Assembly: GCA_037917625.1 (NCBI GenBank)
Contig: JAVCBY010000041.1
Coordinates: 1-18,037, forward strand
Reading direction: 5' to 3'
Length of the DNA stretch: 18,037 nucleotides
From: Thermoproteota archaeon
GTDB lineage: Archaea > Korarchaeota > Korarchaeia > Korarchaeales > Korarchaeaceae
This document shows, in pieces, positions 1 through 8,066 of the stretch. The first letter of the stretch is position 1. Every line of letters starts with the position of its first letter. Position numbers and translations under genes: made by a program. Below the pieces are notes generated by a model that did no database searches, had not been told where the DNA came from, and worked only from the letters and a program-made list of their open reading frames with translations.

Positions 1-1221
1 TTGGCCTTGATATTGCTCCCCCTATCCCTCTCCCTAGCCTGCCCCCCGAACGCTGGGTATGTAGGTGCTATCTATAAGCAGGGGAGTGATTTAGATAGTC
101 TGATGAATTTCCTCAAGGTGAGTGGGATATCTAGCTCGATGGAAGTCGGTTCCTTCAACTTCTCCCCTTACAGTGATTTCAGCTATCCCTCAATATACAT
201 AAACCTCGGGAGTTATGAGGGGGGAGGGAGCGTCAAAGCTTACATCTTCCCGGGGAGTTCTTACACTCTCCTCATGGTAGAGACGGATACTAATCTAAGT
301 GATGCCCCCCTGATATACGCTGAATCCCTCCTCTCCGAATACCTGAACCCAGAGCTCATAGTGAACGTATCAGCGAGCCCCAACAACTGGGTGCCCCCAG
401 TCCCCTTGGCTGAATGGAGCAAGCTCGAGAGGGGAGAGGAAATTAGTATAAGCGTTTATAAGTGTGGGTTCATTTACTCTAGGTTGAGGAGACCTCAGAT
501 AGGGAAGGTCGGAGTCATAGCGAATGATATAGATTACTCCCTCTCCTTCGATATGATAAGGGAAGCTTTCGGGAAGAGAGGAGTTGAAGTTGACTACCTC
601 GGGAGCGGGACTAGGGCTCTTATAACTGCTCAGAAGTACAGAGCTGTCATAATACTAGGAGGTCCTAGAGCGCCAGTTACAGGGAGAGGGGTGATCCCGA
701 TAATAGGGGAGGAGAGGAAGGGGCTAGAGGGGAGAGGATGTATCATAGTAGCTAAGCCCTGGGGAACCGGAGTAGCTGTAGTTATAGCTGGAGCTGACAG
801 GCACTTGACTAGAGAAGCCGTCAAGAAGTTCTTATTGAGCGAGCTCTTCGATCAAGTAGTTAAGGTGGTGAAGGAGGGAAGGGAGATAAAGAGCATCTCA
901 CAGAGGAAGGGCTTAGTTGAGCTAGTATCCTCCTTCGGGAAGTGCGGTTATCAGGAAGGCCCCAGTCTGAGCGTGATTGTTAAGGGAAGTTATGCTTACG
1001 CTAACTACAGCTTGGGGCACGCAAACCCCTGCGCTAAGTTCGTCCTGAGGGGCTATAAGATTGAGGGTAATAAGATAGAGGTAGAGCTCGGTATGGAGGA
1101 GACAGCTGATATATGCGTCCAATGTGTGGGCGTAATATACGCTAACTTCGTGATAGGGCCCCTATCTCCAGGAAGCTATGAATTGTGCATTAAGGGAGCG
1201 TGCGTGCCTTTCAAAATCTAA
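1..1221 (+). CDS. Secreted/surface hypothetical protein with an archaeal S-layer/cell-wall-binding-like alpha/beta domain and a Cys-rich beta-sandwich C-terminal domain; possibly 5'-partial
   Basis: 406-aa ORF with a hydrophobic signal-like N-terminus. The motifs VIILGGPRAP and VVIAGADRHLTREA resemble domains of archaeal surface proteins. The C-terminus has PCA, CVQC and LCIKGAC. The ORF starts at base 1, so the true start may lie upstream. Confidence 0.6.
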   Translation: MALILLPLSLSLACPPNAGYVGAIYKQGSDLDSLMNFLKVSGISSSMEVGSFNFSPYSDFSYPSIYINLGSYEGGGSVKAYIFPGSSYTLLMVETDTNLSDAPLIYAESLLSEYLNPELIVNVSASPNNWVPPVPLAEWSKLERGEEISISVYKCGFIYSRLRRPQIGKVGVIANDIDYSLSFDMIREAFGKRGVEVDYLGSGTRALITAQKYRAVIILGGPRAPVTGRGVIPIIGEERKGLEGRGCIIVAKPWGTGVAVVIAGADRHLTREAVKKFLLSELFDQVVKVVKEGREIKSISQRKGLVELVSSFGKCGYQEGPSLSVIVKGSYAYANYSLGHANPCAKFVLRGYKIEGNKIEVELGMEETADICVQCVGVIYANFVIGPLSPGSYELCIKGACVPFKI

Positions 1222-1250
1222 CTTTTCACAATTTTTATTTAATTATTTTC
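1222..1250. terminator. T-rich tract at the junction of convergent genes; putative archaeal terminator
   Basis: cttttcacaatttttatttaattattttc follows the stop at 1221 and overlaps the end of the convergent gene. Confidence 0.35.
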
Positions 1251-2032
1251 TCATAAATATATATTATGGGCGAAACTATTGATGAAGCTGACGTGAGGAT
1301 ATAAAGGGCTGAGATCACGTGAAGGGGCATGAGAGTCCCCAAATGGAAAGCTAGCGTGAGGTAGAAGAGGGATATGTAGAGGGCAGCGGAGGGAATCAGT
1401 ATGTAAGGATTAGCTAAAACACCTAAGTACTTCCGAGCTACCTCCTTATCTAACTCCCTCAATATGAGGAATTGCACCACTATTGAGAATAACGGAGCAA
1501 GGAGGAATAAGGGAAGGAATGGATTCACTGATAGATCCCTCAACTTATTCTCCAAGGTTGATATATTAGCTTTATCCCTCTCTATAGCTTTCTCTATCCT
1601 CCCGATGATATCGAGAGTATCTTGAATTACGTAAGCGAGCTCCTCCTCGTAGAAGCTCTTGAGAGTATATCTGTAAGGCATCCCCTCTATCTCTGAGACT
1701 ATTCTGCTGTCCTCGAGCTTGAATTTAATCTGACCGAAGTTCTCCAACTCATATGTGAAATTCAAGCTCTTGAGATCTCCGCTCCATATCTCATCCCCCA
1801 TGAAGAATATCTTAATTGAGTCCCCCTCCTTAGAATAGCTGAATAGCCTCAAGACGAGGGGGGCTATCGCCTCCCTCCTCAGATCGGCTTTTATGCTCAA
1901 ATAGTTTATCTCATTCCTCAGTACATCTATCTTCTTAGAGGTCTCCCAGATTAGCTCTATCTCGAGGAGATAAGATCCGAACGCAGTATATATCGCTATT
2001 ATAGATAGGAGGAGTAATACAAGTCCCTTCAT
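1235..2032 (-). CDS. Hypothetical membrane protein (N-terminal TM, coiled-coil-like extramembrane domain, three C-terminal TMs)
   Basis: 265-aa ORF with hydrophobic segments at both ends. The start overlaps the DUF763 stop (ATGA, 2029-2032), indicating translational coupling. Confidence 0.75.
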   Translation of the reverse strand: MKGLVLLLLSIIAIYTAFGSYLLEIELIWETSKKIDVLRNEINYLSIKADLRREAIAPLVLRLFSYSKEGDSIKIFFMGDEIWSGDLKSLNFTYELENFGQIKFKLEDSRIVSEIEGMPYRYTLKSFYEEELAYVIQDTLDIIGRIEKAIERDKANISTLENKLRDLSVNPFLPLFLLAPLFSIVVQFLILRELDKEVARKYLGVLANPYILIPSAALYISLFYLTLAFHLGTLMPLHVISALYILTSASSIVSPIIYIYEKIIK

Positions 2033-3105
2033 CTCAATCCACTCGATAGCCTGAGTAGCGCTTCCCTCTTCTCATGATCCGATAGTCTGGATTGAATTAT
2101 CCCGGAGCGGAGGACCTCTACAGCTCTATCCATTAGCTTTGGCCTGACTGGGAAGGGCACACCATCCTTACCTCCGAAAGCGAAGCTGTACCTAGCTGGA
2201 TCCCTCCTGCTCGCTGGAGCATCGTAAATCACCTCAGCTAAGAGGGAGAGAGCCCTGAGTAAAGAGGGCCCTATGCCTCTTATCAGTAAGAGCTCCTCAT
2301 AATCCCTTGGATCCATCTGATTAGCTGACTCAACTGCCTTCCAATCTATCCTGAGGGGCATCTTGAGGTACCTCACACCTAAATAGGGGCTTAAGGGTCC
2401 AGCCCTCATCTCCTCAATCAATCCCTCTAGCTTATGTCTACCCTCTTTTATCAGATCTAAGGAAGCTCTCCTATTCTCCTCAGATTCCTCAGCAGCTAAG
2501 TTCAGGACTTCCTCCTCGCTTTCAGCTATCACACCACGATGGGGGTCCATGAGGAATCCCCTCAATTCGTACGAGATCCAGTGATATCTCCTCGCTGTCC
2601 TCCTCTCTACGTTCATCCCCTGTTGTATCACCGCCCAATCACCATCCTCAGTGAAGAGGAGGGCGTGATGATATATAGTATGGTCATCCTGGACTGCAGC
2701 ATTATCCACTTTAGCTGTCAGCTTACTCACCCTCTTGAGCTCCTCTATAGAGCGGTGCCTCAGGGAGAGAGCTTCACCCTTCCTCTCTATCTCATCAGGA
2801 GTTTCTAAGGCCTTCTTCCCCTTCCCACCGCAGAGAGCTATTCCCAGATCCTCCTCATCAAGAACATCCCTTATAACAGCTGTCAGGACTGTGGTAACGC
2901 CCGAGGAGTGCCAATCGTATCCCAAGACGCAACCTAAGGATTGGAACCAGTAAGGATCGCTTATCCTTAGCAGGAATTCCCTCCTACCGAACTCATCCAC
3001 TATCGTCCTTATTATCTCCCTTCCCAGAGCTTTCATCCTTGAGTAGAGCCATGGGGGAGCTTTCCCCTCATGTAGGGGGAGCTCAGCTTCTCCAACTATC
3101 CTCAT
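2029..3105 (-). CDS. DUF763 domain-containing protein
   Basis: Family motifs: LPLHEGKAPPWL, DPYWFQSLGCVLGYDWHSSGVTT, KVDNAAVQD, WAVIQQGMN, ARRYHW, HhH-like LLLIRGIGP and FAFGGKDGVPFPV. Confidence 0.92.
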   Translation of the reverse strand: MRIVGEAELPLHEGKAPPWLYSRMKALGREIIRTIVDEFGRREFLLRISDPYWFQSLGCVLGYDWHSSGVTTVLTAVIRDVLDEEDLGIALCGGKGKKALETPDEIERKGEALSLRHRSIEELKRVSKLTAKVDNAAVQDDHTIYHHALLFTEDGDWAVIQQGMNVERRTARRYHWISYELRGFLMDPHRGVIAESEEEVLNLAAEESEENRRASLDLIKEGRHKLEGLIEEMRAGPLSPYLGVRYLKMPLRIDWKAVESANQMDPRDYEELLLIRGIGPSLLRALSLLAEVIYDAPASRRDPARYSFAFGGKDGVPFPVRPKLMDRAVEVLRSGIIQSRLSDHEKREALLRLSSGLR

Positions 3106-3144
3106 CCTAGGAATCTTGAAAGATAGCCTAATAATCTTTTTCCA

Positions 3145-3531
3145 TCAGTGACCGATGCTTATGAACTCGCTCAGTATCTTGAGTAGGAAAGAGAAGAGAA
3201 GGGAGGATACTAAGATGAGGAGGGAGCTCAGCACTGAAGTGGTTAAGAGGTAGCTGGAGAGGAACCTGAACTCTAGAGCGTCCTCAACCCCCATCAGATA
3301 CCAGAAACTCAAGAGGAGTTGAACTAAGAGGAGGGGAAGGGTGAAAAAGAGGAGATAGATGGGTATTTCCTCCAGATCATATCTGAAGGCTAGCATCGAT
3401 AGAGCTAACGCTATTAAAATATATATCTCTAGGATCGGGAGCTCCATAGAATTCAGGATCCAGATCAGATCTCCTATTGAGGCTCCTGCTATCGCATAGT
3501 AAATGGTTGTTTGGGCCCTCCCTATCAACAT
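3145..3531 (-). CDS. Small hypothetical membrane protein (about 4 TM)
   Basis: 128-aa highly hydrophobic ORF. The TTG start overlaps the nitroreductase stop. Confidence 0.65.
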   Translation of the reverse strand: MLIGRAQTTIYYAIAGASIGDLIWILNSMELPILEIYILIALALSMLAFRYDLEEIPIYLLFFTLPLLLVQLLLSFWYLMGVEDALEFRFLSSYLLTTSVLSSLLILVSSLLFSFLLKILSEFISIGH

Positions 3532-4103
3532 CCCTCCCTCAATAACTTCAGCATCGTAGGCTTGTGTACGAAAGGAGCTCCATGAATCTCTGAGAAGATG
3601 AAGCTCTCCATCTTCCTCCTCCTAGTGGGCCTCTCTATCTCCTTAGTTTTCCCTATCACTATTATAGCTACGGGCCTCCTATCCGGAGGAGCTCTCACTA
3701 CTTCCATCACCTTGGAATCATCGAAGGCCCCTATCCAGCAAGTCCCATAGCCTAGAGCGTGAGCCGCTAACATAGCGAAAGTAGCAGCTATAGTAGCGTC
3801 TTGAAGGGAGTAGAGCTCAGCTCCCCTCCTCCCATACCTAACTGAGGACCTCTGCGGGACCGAGAGGAAGACTAAATGGACTGAAGCATTTATCATGAAG
3901 TTCTGGTTATATGAAGCTCTAGCTAAGAGCCTCTTCCTATTAGGATCCCTCACTACGACTATCTCGTAAGCTTGTAAGTTTCCAGCTGATGGAGCGCTGC
4001 ATGCAGCCTCCAATATTATGTTGAGATGATCCTCGCTTATCTCCTCCCCCGTGTAACTCCTAACGGACCTCCTCTCAGCGAAGACATCGAATATATCTGG
4101 CAT
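3525..4103 (-). CDS. Nitroreductase family flavoprotein
   Basis: Motifs RRSVRSY, APSAGNLQ, DATIAA and ALGYGTCWIGAFD. The ATG at 4103 (MPDIFDV) is preferred over the TTG at 4118. Confidence 0.93.
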   Translation of the reverse strand: MPDIFDVFAERRSVRSYTGEEISEDHLNIILEAACSAPSAGNLQAYEIVVVRDPNRKRLLARASYNQNFMINASVHLVFLSVPQRSSVRYGRRGAELYSLQDATIAATFAMLAAHALGYGTCWIGAFDDSKVMEVVRAPPDRRPVAIIVIGKTKEIERPTRRRKMESFIFSEIHGAPFVHKPTMLKLLREGC

Positions 4104-4245
4104 TATGATTACAATCAATTATTAGATAAAAACTTAGGTGAGGGGATCTCTATCAAATTTTTAAAGGGGAGGCACCCCTTCATAGAAGCTACCATCGATT
4201 GGACAGACTATGCGTCTAGCTGTATAAGGTGACTCGCTCGAGATA

Positions 4246-4251
4246 TTTAAA
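4246..4251 (+). promoter_or_regulatory. Putative TATA box for the radical SAM gene (leaderless spacing)
   Basis: TTTAAA lies 22-27 nt upstream of ATG 4273, with no obvious SD. Confidence 0.5.
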
Positions 4252-4272
4252 TCCCCCTGGGCAATTATCTGG

Positions 4273-5391
4273 ATGGGTAGCTGCGGGGTATGCGGTAGGT
4301 CCTCACCTCTAATAGCTAGAGCTATGGGTGTCTGCCTCGAGTGCCTTAGAAGCGATCCTAAATCAGTTGAATACGCTCTCTCAACTCATAGGAGGGAGAG
4401 AGCTAGGATAGGTCTGCCGCCCGAACCTCCTAGAGGTGAAGGGATTAAGTGCGGGCTCTGCGATTCCGAGTGCATAATCCCAGATGGCAAGCTAGGTTAT
4501 TGTGGGATCGTGATGAATGATAGTGGGAGACTCATTAACTTAGCTGGATCCCCTGAAAACGGCATCTTGGAATATTATTACGATCCGATCCCAACGAATT
4601 GCGTCGCCCATTGGTTCTGCCCAGCATCTACTGGCATAGGTTACCCCAAATGGTCCGTGAGGAGAGGGGCTGAACTCGGATACTATAACTTAGCGGTCTT
4701 CTACGGAGCTTGCAATCTTGACTGTCTCTTCTGCCAGAACTGGTTCTTTAGAGATCTTACTGTAAGTAGGAAGCCTATAGTGAACTTCAGGGAGCTCATC
4801 AAAGCTTCCTTGAGCAGGCCAGTCACTTGCGTCTGTTTCTTCGGTGGAGACCCATCGCCTCAGATATCTAACGCTCTCTTAGTAGCGAGAGAGTTGATGA
4901 AAATGGGGAAGGTAATGAGGATATGCTGGGAGATGAACGGACATCTGAATCAGAGGACCATGATAGCTGTCCTCAATAGCTCCCTGAGGAGCGGGGGGAT
5001 AGTTAAATTCGACTTAAAGGCATGGAGCCCGAGCGTCTACTTAGCTTTGACCGGTAGGGATGTAGGGAGCGTCTATGAGAACGCTGCTATAGCTCTGAAG
5101 CTCTCTCTGGAGAGACCAGAGGTCCCTCTATTCACAGCTAGCACTCTATTAGTCCCGGGATACGTTGATGAGGAGGAAGTGAGGATGATAGCTAGGTTCA
5201 TAGCTTCCATAAATCCTGACACTCCTTACAGCCTCTTAGCATTCCATCCGAGCTATTTAATGACTGATCTCCCGAATACGAGTAGGAAGCATGCTATGGA
5301 AGCTCTGAAAGCGGCTAAGGATGAGGGGCTCAGGAGAGTGCATATCGGGAATCCCTGGCTCCTGATTAGGGAGGATTATCAGCTTCAATAA
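4273..5391 (+). CDS. Radical SAM protein, PflA-like / AmmeMemoRadiSam-related (COG1180-like), with Cys-rich N-terminal extension
   Basis: CxxxCxxC motif CNLDCLFCQNW, plus FFGGDP, WEMNG, KFDLKAW, TLLVPGY and LLAFHP. N-terminal Cys clusters CGVC, CLEC and CGLC...C...CG. Confidence 0.92.
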   Translation: MGSCGVCGRSSPLIARAMGVCLECLRSDPKSVEYALSTHRRERARIGLPPEPPRGEGIKCGLCDSECIIPDGKLGYCGIVMNDSGRLINLAGSPENGILEYYYDPIPTNCVAHWFCPASTGIGYPKWSVRRGAELGYYNLAVFYGACNLDCLFCQNWFFRDLTVSRKPIVNFRELIKASLSRPVTCVCFFGGDPSPQISNALLVARELMKMGKVMRICWEMNGHLNQRTMIAVLNSSLRSGGIVKFDLKAWSPSVYLALTGRDVGSVYENAAIALKLSLERPEVPLFTASTLLVPGYVDEEEVRMIARFIASINPDTPYSLLAFHPSYLMTDLPNTSRKHAMEALKAAKDEGLRRVHIGNPWLLIREDYQLQ

Positions 5392-6073
5392 TCTCAAGGA
5401 GCTGCCAAAGGCTCTCTATCCTCGGCAACTTTCCGCAATTCACTTCAGATCCTCTTAGATGAGCTAGCTTCGTGTAATGAACTGCCTTAAGCCCCGATCT
5501 CATAGCCCCTATGACGTCATGATAGCAAGAATCCCCTACGTGAATTATCTGATCTCCATTCAAGCTTAGCTCACTCTTGAGGGCCCTGAAGATCCCAGCT
5601 TGAGGCTTAACCAACCCTAAGTCCGATGATGAGAGTATGATATCGAATAGATCCAATCCTAAGTTCTTGAGAATCCCCCTTATGCTCCTAGCTGAGAAAG
5701 AAGTATTTGTCACTAACGCCAGCTTCATCCCCCTCATCTTTAGCTCCCTCAATACTTCGGGGGCTTCTTGATTCAACCTAGGGGTGAATCCATCCGTGGA
5801 TCCCTCATAAGCACTTACTAAGGCATCTAAATTTTCTAAGCTGATGCCCAAGCTCATTAGGATAATGCTCAGCAAGTCCCTCGCTGGCAGCAGCATCCTG
5901 AAGTCCTTAGTAGCTGCGTAAGCTTCCCTTATCACGCTCTCCTCCACATCATACCCTAAGCCATTGAGGAAATCCTTGATCGCTCTGACCCTCATCCCTA
6001 CATATATTTCCTCATCTTCCTTAGTCTCCCATATGAGAGTGAACCATAGGTCGAAGGAGACAGCCCTTATCAA
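5366..6073 (-). CDS. HAD-superfamily hydrolase (subfamily IA-like)
   Basis: Motif I FDLWFTL, motif II LVTNT, motif III KP and motif IV HVGDS..HD..GA. The 3' end overlaps the radical SAM gene by 26 nt. Confidence 0.9.
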   Translation of the reverse strand: MIRAVSFDLWFTLIWETKEDEEIYVGMRVRAIKDFLNGLGYDVEESVIREAYAATKDFRMLLPARDLLSIILMSLGISLENLDALVSAYEGSTDGFTPRLNQEAPEVLRELKMRGMKLALVTNTSFSARSIRGILKNLGLDLFDIILSSSDLGLVKPQAGIFRALKSELSLNGDQIIHVGDSCYHDVIGAMRSGLKAVHYTKLAHLRGSEVNCGKLPRIESLWQLLEIIEADNPP

Positions 6074-6095
6074 ATCGACCCCCTCATTCGCACCT

Positions 6096-6389
6096 CTATA
6101 TTAATTTCTTCCTCTCTAGCTCGAAGATAACGGTACCACCGCAAGTATAAGGGGGCCCCGGGTCGGGGCATTGCACGTAGCCCAGATCTCCGCTACCTAT
6201 CCCCAAGAGCTCAGGCTTGACTCCCTTCATGAAGGGGCTGAGGAGTGTCAACATAGAGGAGAGAGCATGTATGCATATCTTCGATCCCTCTAAGCAGAAT
6301 CCCACTATATGGAAGGAATCCCCCTCAGAATAGCCAGCGGCACACCTCCCCCTGACTTCCTTGACCCTCACGATTACTTCATAACTCAT
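6096..6389 (-). CDS. TIGR04076 family small Cys protein
   Basis: Pattern VKEVRGRC.AGY..GD.F, ICIHAL, VQCPDPG, GGTVIFELER. SD-like GAGGTGG lies just upstream. Confidence 0.85.
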   Translation of the reverse strand: MSYEVIVRVKEVRGRCAAGYSEGDSFHIVGFCLEGSKICIHALSSMLTLLSPFMKGVKPELLGIGSGDLGYVQCPDPGPPYTCGGTVIFELERKKLI

Positions 6390-6402
6390 AATACCACCTC
6401 TC

Positions 6403-6903
6403 TTAAGGCCTCAACCCGAGAATATATAGAGAGGCCTCGTGATATCTAGAAACCCTCATCCTCACCCTCCCCCCGAATCCCACTTCCTCCTCCAAGTCTA
6501 TTAGGCGATCGTTAATTATTATCCTGGGCTTACCGACCCTCCCCACCATGAAATCCAGTTCGGAGTAGGACTTAGAGATATTGGAAGCGCGGAAAGGCCC
6601 TCCCTCATGGCAGAGGTAACCTAGTTCCTCGGGGTCGACTTGAGGCTCCTCCCCACCGTTAGGATCCTCATAAACTAGCTCGAAGAGTTCAAAGGATCCC
6701 CCCTTTACTAAGAAGGTTTCAGTCACATTCAGCCCGAAGAGGGAGTTCTTCCACTTATAGATGATGACTTCTCCCTCATTCAAGCAGGAAGCATATATTA
6801 GCCTCCCGCTTTCGGCATCTAGGAGCGTGACTAAATAGCACTCAGGTATCAGACAGTAATGGGAAAATAAGAGAAAAAAGATTATTGGGATTGTCCACCT
6901 CAT
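6403..6903 (-). CDS. DUF1850-like protein (TAXI-TRAP-associated)
   Basis: N-terminal hydrophobic segment and the motif WKNSLFGLNVTETF. It starts immediately after the TAXI stop, the usual context for DUF1850. Confidence 0.7.
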   Translation of the reverse strand: MRWTIPIIFFLLFSHYCLIPECYLVTLLDAESGRLIYASCLNEGEVIIYKWKNSLFGLNVTETFLVKGGSFELFELVYEDPNGGEEPQVDPEELGYLCHEGGPFRASNISKSYSELDFMVGRVGKPRIIINDRLIDLEEEVGFGGRVRMRVSRYHEASLYILGLRP

Positions 6904-7977
6904 TTATCCCTTTATCACTCCCATCTCCTTGAAGAACTTCTCAGCTCCGGGATGCATGTATTTGCGAGCCTCCTCACTAGCTTGCATATAAGCTAGCTCG
7001 GGCGTTAGCTTAGATGCCTTCTTCCAAGCCGCTGCGAGCTCATCCAAGTGGCCGAATATGGCTTTAGCGATCTCGTATAATCTATCCTCTGGGAAGTCCT
7101 TCATCACAGCGAGTACAGCAGTAATACCTATAGTCTCCACATCCTCCTCTAACCCAGGATACGAGCCCTTAGGTATCTTCGTCTTATGGAATACTGCTGG
7201 GTACTTCTGGATTATCTTATCAGCTATCTCACCCGAGATCGGTATGAACTTTATCTTGAAACCTGGTGTCGTCGCTAAATCGACTATTGAGGAGGTGGGC
7301 ACAGCACCACTCCAGAAGAAGGCATCTAGCTTCCCATCCTTCATAGCTGACCCTGAATCTGCTGGAGAAAGCTTCTCCCTTATGAAGTCCTTATCGGGAT
7401 CTATCCCTAAGGCCGATAGCACATACAAGGCCTGCTCCTCAGTACCGCTAGCTGGAGGGCCTGTGCTAACCCTCTTGCCCTTTAGATCATATAGTGAGTT
7501 TATGCCGGAACCCTCGTAAGTCACTATATGGAGGGGTTGCTCATAGAAAGCCATGAAAAGTCTCACGGGCTCGGACTTATTAGATACTAAGGGGAACTTG
7601 CCCTGATTGAGCAGTACTATGTGATAATCGTAACAGAAAGCCATACCAGCTTTCCCACTCACTAAGAGCCTGAGGTTATCTCCTGCTGCTGTCGTCACCT
7701 CAGCTGTAGCCTCCGTCTCCGGGACGTATTTCGTTATCACTCCAGCTATCGCCCCACCCAGTGGGTACCAGACACCTCCCGTCGTCCCCGTTGCGATGCT
7801 TAAGGATAATCTTTCCCTCTTAGTCGTAGTCGGAGTTGTCGTTGGGGCTGTTCCAGTGGGCGTTACTGGAGTTGTCGTTGGAGCTGGAAGCGTGAGATAA
7901 TAGCCGAGGGCTGCTAGGATAACGATAACTACTATTATTATTAGGGCGAGGGCCCCTCTCGATATACCTCTTGACAT
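6904..7977 (-). CDS. TAXI family TRAP transporter solute-binding protein, membrane anchored
   Basis: Motifs IATGTTGGVWYPLGGAIA, DLKGKRVSTGPPASGTE, DGKLDAFFW and HPGAEKFFKE. N-terminal TM followed by a Thr/Pro linker. ATG 7977 is preceded by SD GAGGTGG, so it is preferred to the ORF-track start at 8007. Confidence 0.93.
   Translation of the reverse strand: MSRGISRGALALIIIVVIVILAALGYYLTLPAPTTTPVTPTGTAPTTTPTTTKRERLSLSIATGTTGGVWYPLGGAIAGVITKYVPETEATAEVTTAAGDNLRLLVSGKAGMAFCYDYHIVLLNQGKFPLVSNKSEPVRLFMAFYEQPLHIVTYEGSGINSLYDLKGKRVSTGPPASGTEEQALYVLSALGIDPDKDFIREKLSPADSGSAMKDGKLDAFFWSGAVPTSSIVDLATTPGFKIKFIPISGEIADKIIQKYPAVFHKTKIPKGSYPGLEEDVETIGITAVLAVMKDFPEDRLYEIAKAIFGHLDELAAAWKKASKLTPELAYMQASEEARKYMHPGAEKFFKEMGVIKG
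7832..7886. repeat. 19-bp direct repeat (18/19 identity, 36-nt period) encoding APTTTP twice in the TAXI linker
   Basis: ggagttgtcgttggggctg at 7832-7850 and ggagttgtcgttggagctg at 7868-7886. Confidence 0.8.
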
Positions 7978-8013
7978 AGGACCACCTCGGTCCCACTCCT
8001 TAAACAAGTGATA

Positions 8014-8021
8014 CTTATAAA
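8014..8021 (-). promoter_or_regulatory. Putative internal TATA box for the TAXI gene
   Basis: Minus-strand TTTATAAG about 37-44 nt upstream of ATG 7977, leaving room for an SD-containing leader. Confidence 0.5.
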
Positions 8022-8051
8022 TATTATGTTAAGGGAGGTCTTAATGTGAAT

Positions 8052-8060
8052 AAGAAAAAA
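8052..8060 (-). terminator. Putative oligo-T terminator after the TRAP permease
   Basis: Minus-strand TTTTTTCTT starts about 7 nt after the stop at 8067. Confidence 0.4.
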
Positions 8061-8066
8061 TATTTA

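Noticed and set aside
630..1122. Short antisense ORFs 630-824 and 922-1122
   Set aside because: Shadows of the long + strand gene with no motifs.
2539..2953. ORFs antisense to DUF763
   Set aside because: Shadow frames of a well-supported gene.
4026..4232. 68-aa + strand ORF
   Set aside because: Overlaps the nitroreductase 5' end and the divergent promoter region; no motifs.
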